Made by a program: the position numbers and the translations under genes. Positions 47,461 to 57,160 of a DNA stretch of 64,000 nucleotides are shown piece after piece. Numbering within the stretch: the first letter of the stretch is position 1; each line of letters begins with the position of its first letter. This DNA comes from Parcubacteria group bacterium (lineage in GTDB: Bacteria; Patescibacteriota; Minisyncoccia; Moranbacterales; UBA2206). Below the pieces are notes generated by a model. The model made no database searches and was not told where the DNA came from. It saw only the letters and a list, made by a program, of their open reading frames with translations. The stretch is from positions 14,922 to 78,921 of the forward strand of contig JBAZYF010000004.1 of assembly GCA_041659505.1 (NCBI GenBank), written 5' to 3'.

Positions 47461-48780
47461 TTATGGCGTAATTCTTTTCACATCGCGTGGAAAAAGGATC
47501 GCTTCTTTGATACTGCCAAGATTTAGGATCTTTTGTACGATCCGCTCTGAACCAAGACCCCAGCCGCCATGCGCCGGCATGCCTAATTTGAAAATATCCA
47601 AATAAGACTCAAATTCATCCGGCACCAGGCCGTGTTTCAAGATGCTTTTTTTCAATTCTTCATAGATATGGATCCGTTGTCCGCCACTGGCAATTTCCAC
47701 TCCGCGAAAAATCAGGTCGAAAGTTTCTGTGTATTGTCCGTCCGCACTCGGCATCGAGTAGAACGGTCGAACATTGACAGGATAATGCGTGAGAAAAACA
47801 AAATCACTATTGTGCGTCTTTTTCGCCCATTCACAGATCAAGCGCTCGCCTTCCGGATCAATATCCACGTCTTCCGTCTTTTTGCCATATTCCTTTTCCA
47901 AAATCTCTAGCGCTTCAGTCAGGCGCAAACGCGGAAATTTCTCCAAAAACAAAAGTTCTCCCGCAGCATATTCCGCCAACTCATTCTGGCAATTCTTAGA
48001 GACATCTGAAAGCATCCGCCGCATCACCTTTTCCAAAGCATCCATCACATCAGAGAAACTATCGATGAAACCCATTTCAGCATCAAGCCCGGTATATTCG
48101 TTGACGTGGCGCGTAGTAAAATGCGGTTCGGCGCGAAAGACAGTGCCAATTTCAAATACCCGTTCAAATGCGCCCACTCCGGCTTGCTTGTAGAACTGCG
48201 GACTTTGAGCTAAAAACGCATCCCGATCGAAATATTTTATTTTGAAAAAATTCGCACCTCCCTCGGTGGCGGCAGCTACAATTTTAGGTGTTTTAATTTC
48301 CAAAAAGGAGTTTTCCCGCATCACCTCAGAGTATGATTTCAGAAGTTCCGCATTGACCTTGAAAATATCATTGACTTTCTTGTTGCGCAAGACCAGATTA
48401 CGGTTGTCCAAAAGCGTATTCAGATTGACATCCAACTCATTTTTTGCTACATCAAAAGGCAACTCCGCTTCTACTTTTGAAATAATCGTTATTTTCGCCG
48501 CCTCTACTTCAATTTTCCCAATTTTATCCTCTTTCCCCTGCCCACCAGGACGTTCTTTCACTAAGCCTTCGATTTCTACCACAAATTCAATACGGACATC
48601 TTTCGCATTTTGGTAGGCGCTTTCCTTGTCAGGAATGACCACGACCTGGACCACCCCACTCCGGTCGCGCAAATCGATAAAAATTAATTTCCCATGGTCA
48701 CGCCGGGAGTTGACCCAGCCTGCCAGCTTAACATATTGGCCAATCATTCTCGGCGCATCGACAATAAGCGTTCGTTCCAT
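47461..48780 (-). CDS. aspS: aspartate--tRNA ligase, archaeal/eukaryal type (class IIb, short form)
   Basis: N-terminal OB fold (KLIFIDLRDRSGVVQVVV). FRAEPHFTTRHVNEYTGLDAEM motif 2. GGQRIH motif 3. 439 aa. Confidence 0.8.
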   Translation of the reverse strand: MERTLIVDAPRMIGQYVKLAGWVNSRRDHGKLIFIDLRDRSGVVQVVVIPDKESAYQNAKDVRIEFVVEIEGLVKERPGGQGKEDKIGKIEVEAAKITIISKVEAELPFDVAKNELDVNLNTLLDNRNLVLRNKKVNDIFKVNAELLKSYSEVMRENSFLEIKTPKIVAAATEGGANFFKIKYFDRDAFLAQSPQFYKQAGVGAFERVFEIGTVFRAEPHFTTRHVNEYTGLDAEMGFIDSFSDVMDALEKVMRRMLSDVSKNCQNELAEYAAGELLFLEKFPRLRLTEALEILEKEYGKKTEDVDIDPEGERLICEWAKKTHNSDFVFLTHYPVNVRPFYSMPSADGQYTETFDLIFRGVEIASGGQRIHIYEELKKSILKHGLVPDEFESYLDIFKLGMPAHGGWGLGSERIVQKILNLGSIKEAILFPRDVKRITP

Positions 48781-48784
48781 AAAT

Positions 48785-49159
48785 TTACTCGGTAATATTA
48801 GTTAATCTCTTAATTTCTTCTACCATTTCGCTCGGAGTGTATTGCGACTTTGTGATAAACCCATTAGCTCCAAGTGCCATCACCTTGTTCCTCTCTTCTT
48901 TTTGACTCAAATTGCTAGAGACAATAATTTTGATGTTTTTGTCATAGTTTCCATCCCGCAAACTTTTAATTACACCAAAACCATCAATTCTGGGAAGCAT
49001 CAAGTCCAAAAGTATTATATCCACTTTTTGTTTTTTAACTATTTCCAGAACTTGATCGCCAGAAAAAACAGTTAAAACTTCATAACCTATTTCCTTAAAT
49101 TTACGCTCATAAATCTCAGAGATCATTGAGTCATCCTCTGCAATAAGAATTTTCGTCAT
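48785..49159 (-). CDS. stand-alone response regulator receiver (CheY-like)
   Basis: ILIAEDD ... IILLDLMLP ... receiver-domain Asp residues. Confidence 0.8.
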   Translation of the reverse strand: MTKILIAEDDSMISEIYERKFKEIGYEVLTVFSGDQVLEIVKKQKVDIILLDLMLPRIDGFGVIKSLRDGNYDKNIKIIVSSNLSQKEERNKVMALGANGFITKSQYTPSEMVEEIKRLTNITE

Positions 49160-49320
49160 ATTTTATTTTAAGCTATTATTAAATGGGCGCTTCTGTGCCA
49201 TAATTAGTCACTTTTGAATTATAGCGCAGTAGTAGAAAAAATCAACTCTTTTGCTAAAATTTACCTTTTTAGCTATTATTCATAAGTTAGTGCTAAATTA
49301 ACTAATAACTTTAAAAAAAT

Positions 49321-50646
49321 ATGGCAAACGAAAAGTCCGCCTCCGCCAAAGCTTCGGCGAATAAAAAAAAGCTCGAGTCTGTGGCAATTATCGGTCTGGG
49401 TTATGTCGGGTTACCGCTCGCGATGCGTTGTGTGGAAAAGGGCTATGCGACTTATGGACTTGATCTCGATAAACGGAAAGTGGATTTAATCAAAAAAGGT
49501 CAAAGCCCGTTCAAGGAAGAATTCATTGAAGACAGAAAAACTCTACTCAAAAAAATCACTGCTACGACTGATCCGGCCATTCTCAAAAAGGCCGACATTA
49601 TTGTGGTCTGCGTACCAACACCCGTCGATGAAAAATTTTTTCCCATCCTCACTCCCCTCACTTCCGCGACAGAGATGATTGTCAAAAACCACAAAACCGG
49701 CCAACTGATCATGATCGAATCAACCATCAACCCAGGTATCTGCGATGATGTGATTGCGCCAATTCTCATTGAAGCGGGACTCAAAGAAGGCAAAGATTTC
49801 TACCTCGGCCATTGTCCGGAGCGGATCAATCCAGGTGATAAGAAATGGAACGTCACCAATATCCCACGAGTGCTGGGCGCATCTTCCCCGGCCGGACTCG
49901 CTATCGCTAAAAATTTCTATGAATCAATCATCGACGCACCGATCAAACTGATGGGTTCGATCAAAGAAGCCGAAGCATGCAAAGTGGTGGAAAATTCTTT
50001 CCGCGACATCAACATTGCCTTTGTCAACGAACTAGCGAAAAGTTTTGACAAATTGGAAATCGACGTCAAAAACGTGATTGATGGCGCCGCCACCAAACCC
50101 TTCGCTTTTATGGCGCACTACCCCGGCCGTGGCGTGGGCGGTCACTGCATCCCGGTCGATCCTTACTATCTGATTGAAAAAGCCAAAGCGTCTGGCTTTG
50201 ACCACAAATTCTTGCGCGTCGCCAGAGAAATCAATAATTCTATGCCAGCCTATACTGTTGAATCGATGCAAGATCTTTTAAATGAAATCAAACTCCCGAT
50301 GAAAGACACGGCCATCGGCGTGATGGGACTGTCCTACAAAGCCAACGTAGATGATTTGCGCGAATCCCCGGCCATCAAAATCATTTTGGAACTCAAAAAG
50401 AAAAAAGCCAAAATCATCCGTTATGACCCCTTCATCAAATCAATGTCTGATGTCGCCGATCTCAAAACCTTCCTCAAAAAATGCACCGCGATAATTTTAG
50501 TCACCAACCACCAAGAATTTGCAGAACTTGATCCAAAAGAATTCAAGAAGAATAATGTCAAAGCAATTGTCGATGGAATGAACTGCCTAGACAAAAACAA
50601 AATCAAAAAACTCGGCATCAAATATCGTGGGATTGGGAGGAAATAA
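49321..50646 (+). CDS. nucleotide-sugar dehydrogenase (UDP-glucose/UDP-ManNAc dehydrogenase family)
   Basis: VAIIGLGYVGLPLA Rossmann motif. Catalytic GGHCIPVDPYY. Only plus-strand gene in the window. Confidence 0.88.
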   Translation: MANEKSASAKASANKKKLESVAIIGLGYVGLPLAMRCVEKGYATYGLDLDKRKVDLIKKGQSPFKEEFIEDRKTLLKKITATTDPAILKKADIIVVCVPTPVDEKFFPILTPLTSATEMIVKNHKTGQLIMIESTINPGICDDVIAPILIEAGLKEGKDFYLGHCPERINPGDKKWNVTNIPRVLGASSPAGLAIAKNFYESIIDAPIKLMGSIKEAEACKVVENSFRDINIAFVNELAKSFDKLEIDVKNVIDGAATKPFAFMAHYPGRGVGGHCIPVDPYYLIEKAKASGFDHKFLRVAREINNSMPAYTVESMQDLLNEIKLPMKDTAIGVMGLSYKANVDDLRESPAIKIILELKKKKAKIIRYDPFIKSMSDVADLKTFLKKCTAIILVTNHQEFAELDPKEFKKNNVKAIVDGMNCLDKNKIKKLGIKYRGIGRK

Positions 50647-50701
50647 TGTTATTCGCTTCGCGAACCCGTACTACGAAAACGGGACATGCGAAGAAATTCA
50701 C

Positions 50702-50737
50702 AAAAAAAAGCGCTCCAGAAATCGGAGCGCTTTTTGA
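50702..50737. terminator. bidirectional rho-independent terminator (AGCGCTCC-agaaatc-GGAGCGCT flanked by an A-run and a T-run) between the dehydrogenase and proS
   Basis: Perfect 8-bp stem, seen directly in the sequence. Confidence 0.7.
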
Positions 50738-50761
50738 AAACCCTATTAGAATGAGCCCGGA

Positions 50762-51994
50762 TTATTTCACCATTCCCAAAAGCTCATCAATTTTCACAAT
50801 TTTACTGTCTGTTTCATTACGTTTTTTGAGTTCTACTCCGCCGGCAGTGAGGGATTTTTCGCTGATAATGACGCGATAGGGCAAGCCTAAAAGATCCGCG
50901 TCGGCGAATTTTTCTCCAGCCGAAACCTCGCGGTCATCAAAGAGCACTTCAATTTTTTCGGTGTTCAGTTTTTGATAGAGCTCTTCTGCCGCTGATGCGT
51001 CCTTGCCCAAACTGATCAAATGCACTTTAAACGGTGCCACCGCTTCTGGCCAGATAATCCCTTTTTCGTCATGAAAAATCTCCACGATTGTGCCCATAAG
51101 CCGCGCCAGGCCAATTCCATAGCAACCCATAACAATCAGTTGCTCTTCGCCATTTTGATCCTTATAGGTCAGATTGAAGGGCTTGGAATATTTTGTACCC
51201 AGTTTGAAGATGTTGCCTACTTCGACCGCTTTCGTTTCACGTAAATCGGCATTGCCACAGAGCGGGCATTTGTGTTCCAAGTCTTCAATAATTTCTTTGT
51301 TGATAGCGATGTGGCAAGCATCGCAAACATAGATCGTGTCTTCACCCGCTTCAGTTTCGGCTTGAAATTCGTGGGAATATTTGGCAAATGTTCCACCAGA
51401 GGCATAAGTGAAATATGTTCTCGCTCCGATGCCAGCACGCTCAAAAATATTTTTGTAGGCTTGTGCAACGCGGTCATAATATTTATCCAAATCCGCTTGA
51501 TCGACATGGAAAGAATAAAGATCTTTCATGATAAATTCGCGCAAACGCAAGATGCCTGATTTGGCTCTTTTTTCTCCGCGGAATTTGTTTTGAAAATGAT
51601 AGACGGCTTTGGGCATATCTTTGTAGGACTCGATGATTTTTTTGGCGAGCGGCGCTACAACTTCCTCATGGGTCGGCGCGAGCGCCATATTTTTTTCTTC
51701 GCCCAGTCCGACTTTCACCAAAACATCAAGGTCATCCCAACGCCCGGTCTTTTCCCAGTTCTCCTTTGGATGCATTGAAGGCATAAAAAGTTCTTGGCCG
51801 GAAACAGCGTTCATTTCTTCTCGGATAATCTCTTCTATTTTTTTGCAAGTGCGCCAACCGAGCGGCAGATAGGTATAGGTGCCCGCCATTAGCTTGTCGA
51901 CATAGCCTCCGCGGATCAGCAGTTGAGCATTGATGCTTTCCTCATCTTTGGGCGCGACTTTGTTGGTTTTGGAAAATAGTTGTGATTGTTTCAT
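50762..51994 (-). CDS. proS: proline--tRNA ligase (short form, no editing insertion)
   Basis: LLIRGGYVDKLMAGTYTYLPLGWRTCKKIEEIIREEM ... class II motifs. C-terminal Cys cluster. Confidence 0.8.
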   Translation of the reverse strand: MKQSQLFSKTNKVAPKDEESINAQLLIRGGYVDKLMAGTYTYLPLGWRTCKKIEEIIREEMNAVSGQELFMPSMHPKENWEKTGRWDDLDVLVKVGLGEEKNMALAPTHEEVVAPLAKKIIESYKDMPKAVYHFQNKFRGEKRAKSGILRLREFIMKDLYSFHVDQADLDKYYDRVAQAYKNIFERAGIGARTYFTYASGGTFAKYSHEFQAETEAGEDTIYVCDACHIAINKEIIEDLEHKCPLCGNADLRETKAVEVGNIFKLGTKYSKPFNLTYKDQNGEEQLIVMGCYGIGLARLMGTIVEIFHDEKGIIWPEAVAPFKVHLISLGKDASAAEELYQKLNTEKIEVLFDDREVSAGEKFADADLLGLPYRVIISEKSLTAGGVELKKRNETDSKIVKIDELLGMVK

Positions 51995-52117
51995 GATAGT
52001 AATTATTATGATTATTTAGTTTAAGAATAGGTTTTATTTGCCTATTTGTCAAAGATTAGTTATGAGAGCGGAGCGTTGACCGCTCTCATAATTTTTCTGT
52101 TTTTACTCGGAAAAATT

Positions 52118-52453
52118 TCATCCTCCAGGGAACATCCACTGTCTTTGTTTTTCAGCAATTCCAGTTTTTACATGACTTTCACTTTCCCAGGTCTTTTTGC
52201 TGAAAATTACCGAGAAAAAACTGGCCTTAATTTCTGTCTTTTTCTTTTTACTGAGCTTAATGAAATAAAACACATCGGCCCTGTCTTGACCAGCTACTTG
52301 GGCAAAAGCAATGATTTCTTCATTTTCATTAGTCGCAACAAGACAGCGCGAGGACAAAATTCTATCAACAGTTATTTCGATTCCATTTTTTCCCAAAAGA
52401 CTGGTTGCCTCCCCTGCCTGCACTCGGTTGAGTTTTTCAATTTCATAGTCCAT
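52118..52453 (-). CDS. hypothetical protein
   Basis: ORF only. Confidence 0.3.
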   Translation of the reverse strand: MDYEIEKLNRVQAGEATSLLGKNGIEITVDRILSSRCLVATNENEEIIAFAQVAGQDRADVFYFIKLSKKKKTEIKASFFSVIFSKKTWESESHVKTGIAEKQRQWMFPGG

Positions 52454-52514
52454 AGCTTTTTCCTTTCATTTTCGTTGAAATAATAAAGTAAAAACAATGA
52501 CCTCATCCAAAGAA

Positions 52515-52549
52515 CAAAAAAACAGCTCGCGGAAGGCAAGCTGTTTTTG
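52515..52549. terminator. bidirectional rho-independent terminator (AACAGCT-cgcggaaggca-AGCTGTT + T-run) about 160 nt downstream of hpf
   Basis: Seen directly in the sequence. Confidence 0.55.
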
Positions 52550-52711
52550 AGTGTTTGCAATAGTTTCGTCTAATCCCCGATTCCAAACACACAAAAAGAG
52601 CCTGCCCTTGCCGGAACCGGAAAACCTTGGGAAATTGTGCGTTTGGCCTTTTGCATGTGTTTAAAATATTTACGCTTTCACTCTAGCAAGAAATGGTTAT
52701 TTTTGTCAAAC

Positions 52712-53086
52712 CTATTTTTTGAACCGTGCGTCTCCGTCAATCACAATTTTTTTCTTAAGCGATCTCGCTCCACGTCTCTTGAGATCAACCATTTTACTTT
52801 TATCTTTGACAATTTGCAATGTCAACTCCTCGCAAGCGATGTCGGCTGAACCTTCAATACTCTCCGAAATTTCTTCCGCCCGATAGAGCGCGTAGGGAGT
52901 TTTCACCATCAGCTCGACACGATACTTGCCTTTTTTGTCCAGAGATATTTCCACCTCAAACTCCAAAACATTCTTGATAATTCTGTTCACTTTTTGTAAT
53001 CTTTTTTCAATATACTCCTGGGCTTTTTTGTTCGAGTCCAGGCCCTTAAACATAAATCTCATACTTTGCGGTTTTTTCACTACCAT
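52712..53086 (-). CDS. hpf: ribosome hibernation promoting factor / RaiA family
   Basis: KGLDSNKKAQEYIEKRLQKVNR ... SIEGSADIACEELTLQIVKDKSK matches the RaiA fold pattern. Confidence 0.82.
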   Translation of the reverse strand: MVVKKPQSMRFMFKGLDSNKKAQEYIEKRLQKVNRIIKNVLEFEVEISLDKKGKYRVELMVKTPYALYRAEEISESIEGSADIACEELTLQIVKDKSKMVDLKRRGARSLKKKIVIDGDARFKK

Positions 53087-53155
53087 ATGTTTTGATCAGT
53101 ATTGAAGAGAAACTGACATATTCTCTAAAAAACCGATTAATTAACTTTCTTAGGA

Positions 53156-54142
53156 CTAAAAACCAACATACATTATCTCTTCTTTGATTTGCGTATCATA
53201 ACCTTCTCGTAATTTTTGCTTGATGATTCCAGCCAGAATGATCACGTCTTCCGCTGTAGCTGTTCCGTCATTGATGAAAAAATTGGCATGTTTTTCACTC
53301 ACCATCACTCCACCGATTTTCTTCCCCTTAAATCCAGCCTCTTCGATCAACCAGCCAGCCGGAATTTTTCCATTTGGCGCTTTTGCTCCAGTTTCTTTTT
53401 CAAATTCTTGCAAAACTTCTGGATTATCTACGACTGGATTTTGGAAAAAACTGCCCGAGCTGAAACCTTTTGGCTGATGCTCGATGCGTTTTTTTGCGAT
53501 TTCCTTCATCCTCTCTGTGATTGTTTTTTTGTCCCCTTTTTCTAATTTTAACTTGACTGATAGGACCACCAGGTTTGGATTTTTCTTAAAAAGGCTAGTG
53601 CGATAGGCATAATCACAATCCGCTCTTTTGTATTCCTCAACCTTACTACGATTATCGGAGATTTTTAGCGCACGCACACTTTCCAAATTATCCGCCATTT
53701 CCCCGCCAAAGGCTCCGGCATTGCCCCGCACCGCTCCGCCAACCGTCCCAGGAATTCCCATCGCCCACTCCATTCCAGTCAAACTATTTTCCCTAGCAAA
53801 ATTAACAACACTCGACAAACTTTCCCCCGCCCAGCATTCAATTGATTCTCCTACAACTTTAATTCCCGTTTGTTTCTTGCTTGCCTGCCAAATCTTTAGC
53901 GCAGGCAGGTCTCTTGTTTCTTGTACCTTGATGATTAGTCCATCAAAGCCCTGGTCGCTAAAAAGAATATTGCTCCCACCGCCTAACATAAAAATTTCCA
54001 ATTTATTTTCTCGAGCAAAATCCAACGCCTCCAAAAGCTCCGTTTCATTTTTCACCTCCGCAAAAAACTTCGCCGGTCCGCCGATTTTGAAAGTAGTGAG
54101 TGGTGCTAAGGGGATGTTTTTTTGGATGATTATCTTGGACAT
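53156..54142 (-). CDS. murB: UDP-N-acetylenolpyruvoylglucosamine reductase
   Basis: FKIGGPAKFFAEVKNETELLEALDFARENKLEIFMLGGGSNILF FAD-binding N-terminus. Catalytic C-terminus. Confidence 0.9.
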   Translation of the reverse strand: MSKIIIQKNIPLAPLTTFKIGGPAKFFAEVKNETELLEALDFARENKLEIFMLGGGSNILFSDQGFDGLIIKVQETRDLPALKIWQASKKQTGIKVVGESIECWAGESLSSVVNFARENSLTGMEWAMGIPGTVGGAVRGNAGAFGGEMADNLESVRALKISDNRSKVEEYKRADCDYAYRTSLFKKNPNLVVLSVKLKLEKGDKKTITERMKEIAKKRIEHQPKGFSSGSFFQNPVVDNPEVLQEFEKETGAKAPNGKIPAGWLIEEAGFKGKKIGGVMVSEKHANFFINDGTATAEDVIILAGIIKQKLREGYDTQIKEEIMYVGF

Positions 54143-54156
54143 AATTGAAAAATATG

Positions 54157-54324
54157 TGTCATTCCCACGGAGGCGGGAATCCAGGTTCCACTAATTATAA
54201 ACCATAGAAAATTGAGCTACGAGCCTGAAAACTCTCTACCTCAAAAAGTCTTGAATTTTAATAATTCGTTTTCTCTTTATTTTTAGCTTGAGGTGCCTGG
54301 ATCCCCGCCTTCGCGGGGATGACA
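54157..54324. repeat. MITE-like palindromic element, TGTCATTCCC family, copy 2
   Basis: TGTCATTCCCACGGAGGCGGGAATCCAGGTTCCACTAATTATAAAC ... GAGGTGCCTGGATCCCCGCCTTCGCGGGGATGACA. Homologous along its whole length to 27341..27509. Confidence 0.8.
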
Positions 54325-54367
54325 TCAAACTAGAATACTATAATTCTAGCATAAAACTAGCTTTCAT

Positions 54368-57148
54368 TCAAGCTGATTTTCCACCGTTTTGAGCATCCTC
54401 TTTCCGCACTTCTTCCCAAAAAAAGACCGCCAAAAATGAACCTAGAACAACCAGCCAGTCTATCCAATCAATCGGAAGCATCCGCAGATATGCTTGGCAA
54501 AATGGCAAATACATAAACACCAACAATATCACAACCGAAATCAAAACCGCTCCAATCGCGTACCTATTTTTGAAAAATCCCAGCCGAAAAGGTGAAAGCG
54601 TTTCACTGCGCGCCTGCAAAAGATTGGCCATCTGCGTCATTGAAAGGACGGCATAAGCGGCTGTAGTTGATTTGAGATAAAGTATACTATCAACGGAAAA
54701 GCTCTGACCAAAATGCCAGCCACCGCGAAGCATCGACCAAAGAAATGCCACCACCGCACCCGTTGCCATAATCAGCCCAAGGTAAATTATCCGGCGAAAT
54801 CCGCCAAAACTCATCACACTATTTCTAGAGTTCAAGTTTGTCTTTGAAGCACCAGGCTCTTCCGGCTCAAGACCGAGCGCAAAAGAAGGAAAAATATCTG
54901 TCCCTAAATCAATTGCTAAAATCTGCACGGCTGAAATTGGCGAGGGAATTTGCAAGAGCACGCCAAAAATTACCGTGAAAAGTTCACTGGCGTTCGATGT
55001 GAAAACATAGTGCACAAATTTTTTGAGATTTTGAAAAACGGTCCGTCCCGTCCGCACCCCTTTCACGATCGATGCAAAATTGTCGTCCATTAGGATCATG
55101 CTGGCCGCTTCTTTGGAAACATCCGTTCCGATAATGCCCATCGCCACGCCGATATCGGCTTTTTTCAGTGCCGGTGCATCATTCACGCCGTCCCCTGTCA
55201 TCGCAATCACTTCGCCATTTTTTTTGAGCACGGTCGCAATCCGCAATTTTTGTTCCGGCGCGATCCGCGCAAAAACACAGGCGCCATTTTTGATTCTTTG
55301 ATATAATATTTTATCAGAAAGCTCGTCAAGCTGCTTGCCATTAATGACCAGGCTAGCTCCCTTGGGATCGGAGCCAGGCTCCGGTTTTATCAGACCGACA
55401 TTTTCCGCAATTGCGCGTGCGGTTATTTCATAATCACCAGTAATCATAACAACATCAATCCCCAAATCTCGACACTCCGCAATCGCCTTGCCAACATTGG
55501 CACGTGGCGGATCAATCATTGCCATCATCCCGACCCAGACTAGGCCTTTTTCCGCTTCGACAAGATATTTATCTTGCGAAAATCCATCCAGCTCGCGATA
55601 GGCAAAAGCTAGGACGCGCAGAGCATCCTTGGACATCTGGTCGTATAACGCCTTAGCTTTATTTTTTTCCTCAGCGTTAAAGGGCAAGATCCGCTCACCA
55701 ACCTTGGTGAAATTACAAAGGTCGATCATTACGTCTGGCGAACCCTTGACGAAAGAAATCGTTTTAGCGTTGCGGTAAATCACACTCATCCGCATCCGCT
55801 CTGAGGAAAAAGGATTTTCTGTAATTTTTTTCTCTCCACGCTCATAGAATTTTTTAGCCTTGTTATATTTTTGCCCCGCCACAATGATCGCCCCCTCCGT
55901 CGGATCACCGATTATTTTATAATTTTTCTTGTCCGTCGTCAGACTGGCGTCATTGCACAACGAACCGACACGAAAAAGCAGCTCCAAATTCGCCACCTCT
56001 TTCGGATTTATTTTTGCTTCGTTACGATAAAAATTTCCCACCGGTTCATAGCCAGTACCATCGACCTCCAAAACTTCACCATTAATCACAATTTTTGTCA
56101 CAGACAATTCGTTGCGGGTAATCGTACCGGTCTTATCTGTACAAATGAGCGAAACGGAACCTAGTGTCTCCACGGCATTCAATTTTTTCGCCAGGACATT
56201 CTCATTGATAAGCCGCTTCATCCCAAAAGACAAGGCGACAGAGATAGCAGCAGGAAGACCTTCCGGCACGACCGAAACGGACAGCGCTAAAGCAAACAGA
56301 AAATTTTGATAGAGCGACATCTTGAAATATTGACCCGCAATGAGCACAACAATGCCGATAAAAACCGAGAGGACCGTCACATCCCGGCCGAGCGTGCGCA
56401 TTTGTTTCTGGAGTGGCGTCGCGTCAGATGCCACCTCTTGCGTCAAATGAGCAATCCGACCTAATTCCGTATCCATCCCCGTCCCCGTCACCACAAAACG
56501 CGCTTCACCGGTCGCCACTGTTTCTCCCATAAACACCATATTATCAATATCTGTAAAAGCGATGCCGGTTTCTTTGATGATTTTTGCTTCCTTCCTTTTT
56601 GGTTTTGATTCGCCGGTGAAGATAAAACTATTAACCTTAAGATCATAGCTTTCTAAAAGATATCCGTCTGCTGCGATACTGTCTCCGGCAGCGATGAAAA
56701 TGACATCACCGGGCACGACCAATTTCGTGTCGAGTTGTTTTTTCTCTCCATCTCGAAACACCAGCGCATAACTGGCTGTTAATTTTTTGATGCTCTCCAG
56801 GACGCGATCGGCCTTGAATTCCTGAAAAAATCCGACCGTCGCGTTAAGCAAAACAATGATGCCGATAATCGTTGCGTCGCGATATTCTGAGAACGCCAAA
56901 GCCAACCCAGATGCAACCAGAAGGATCCAAACCAGCGCATCATCAAACTGGGCGAAAATTAATTTCAACCATTTCCAGTTCTGCTTTTTAATCAACTTAT
57001 TTTCACCAAATTCTTGGAGCTTCTGTTTCGCTTCATCTACACTCAAGCCTTCTAGACTTGAACCAAACTTTTTCAAGATTTCTTCCGGCGAAAGATTATA
57101 AATTTGTTTTTTGTTTTTTCCGCCCAAGGCGGATGCGTGTTTTGGCAT
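54368..57148 (-). CDS. cation-transporting P-type ATPase, type IIA (Ca2+-ATPase-like)
   Basis: DKTGTITRNEL, TGDGVNDAPALKKADIGVAMG, 10 TM helices, N-terminal cation-ATPase domain. Confidence 0.88.
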   Translation of the reverse strand: MPKHASALGGKNKKQIYNLSPEEILKKFGSSLEGLSVDEAKQKLQEFGENKLIKKQNWKWLKLIFAQFDDALVWILLVASGLALAFSEYRDATIIGIIVLLNATVGFFQEFKADRVLESIKKLTASYALVFRDGEKKQLDTKLVVPGDVIFIAAGDSIAADGYLLESYDLKVNSFIFTGESKPKRKEAKIIKETGIAFTDIDNMVFMGETVATGEARFVVTGTGMDTELGRIAHLTQEVASDATPLQKQMRTLGRDVTVLSVFIGIVVLIAGQYFKMSLYQNFLFALALSVSVVPEGLPAAISVALSFGMKRLINENVLAKKLNAVETLGSVSLICTDKTGTITRNELSVTKIVINGEVLEVDGTGYEPVGNFYRNEAKINPKEVANLELLFRVGSLCNDASLTTDKKNYKIIGDPTEGAIIVAGQKYNKAKKFYERGEKKITENPFSSERMRMSVIYRNAKTISFVKGSPDVMIDLCNFTKVGERILPFNAEEKNKAKALYDQMSKDALRVLAFAYRELDGFSQDKYLVEAEKGLVWVGMMAMIDPPRANVGKAIAECRDLGIDVVMITGDYEITARAIAENVGLIKPEPGSDPKGASLVINGKQLDELSDKILYQRIKNGACVFARIAPEQKLRIATVLKKNGEVIAMTGDGVNDAPALKKADIGVAMGIIGTDVSKEAASMILMDDNFASIVKGVRTGRTVFQNLKKFVHYVFTSNASELFTVIFGVLLQIPSPISAVQILAIDLGTDIFPSFALGLEPEEPGASKTNLNSRNSVMSFGGFRRIIYLGLIMATGAVVAFLWSMLRGGWHFGQSFSVDSILYLKSTTAAYAVLSMTQMANLLQARSETLSPFRLGFFKNRYAIGAVLISVVILLVFMYLPFCQAYLRMLPIDWIDWLVVLGSFLAVFFWEEVRKEDAQNGGKSA

Positions 57149-57160
57149 TTTATTTTAAAA

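Noticed and set aside
27341-54324. CRISPR array, as an explanation for the repeated palindromic elements.
   Set aside because: The repeats are 130-180 bp, dispersed across separate intergenic regions, internally palindromic and not interleaved with regular-length unique spacers. No cas genes were seen.
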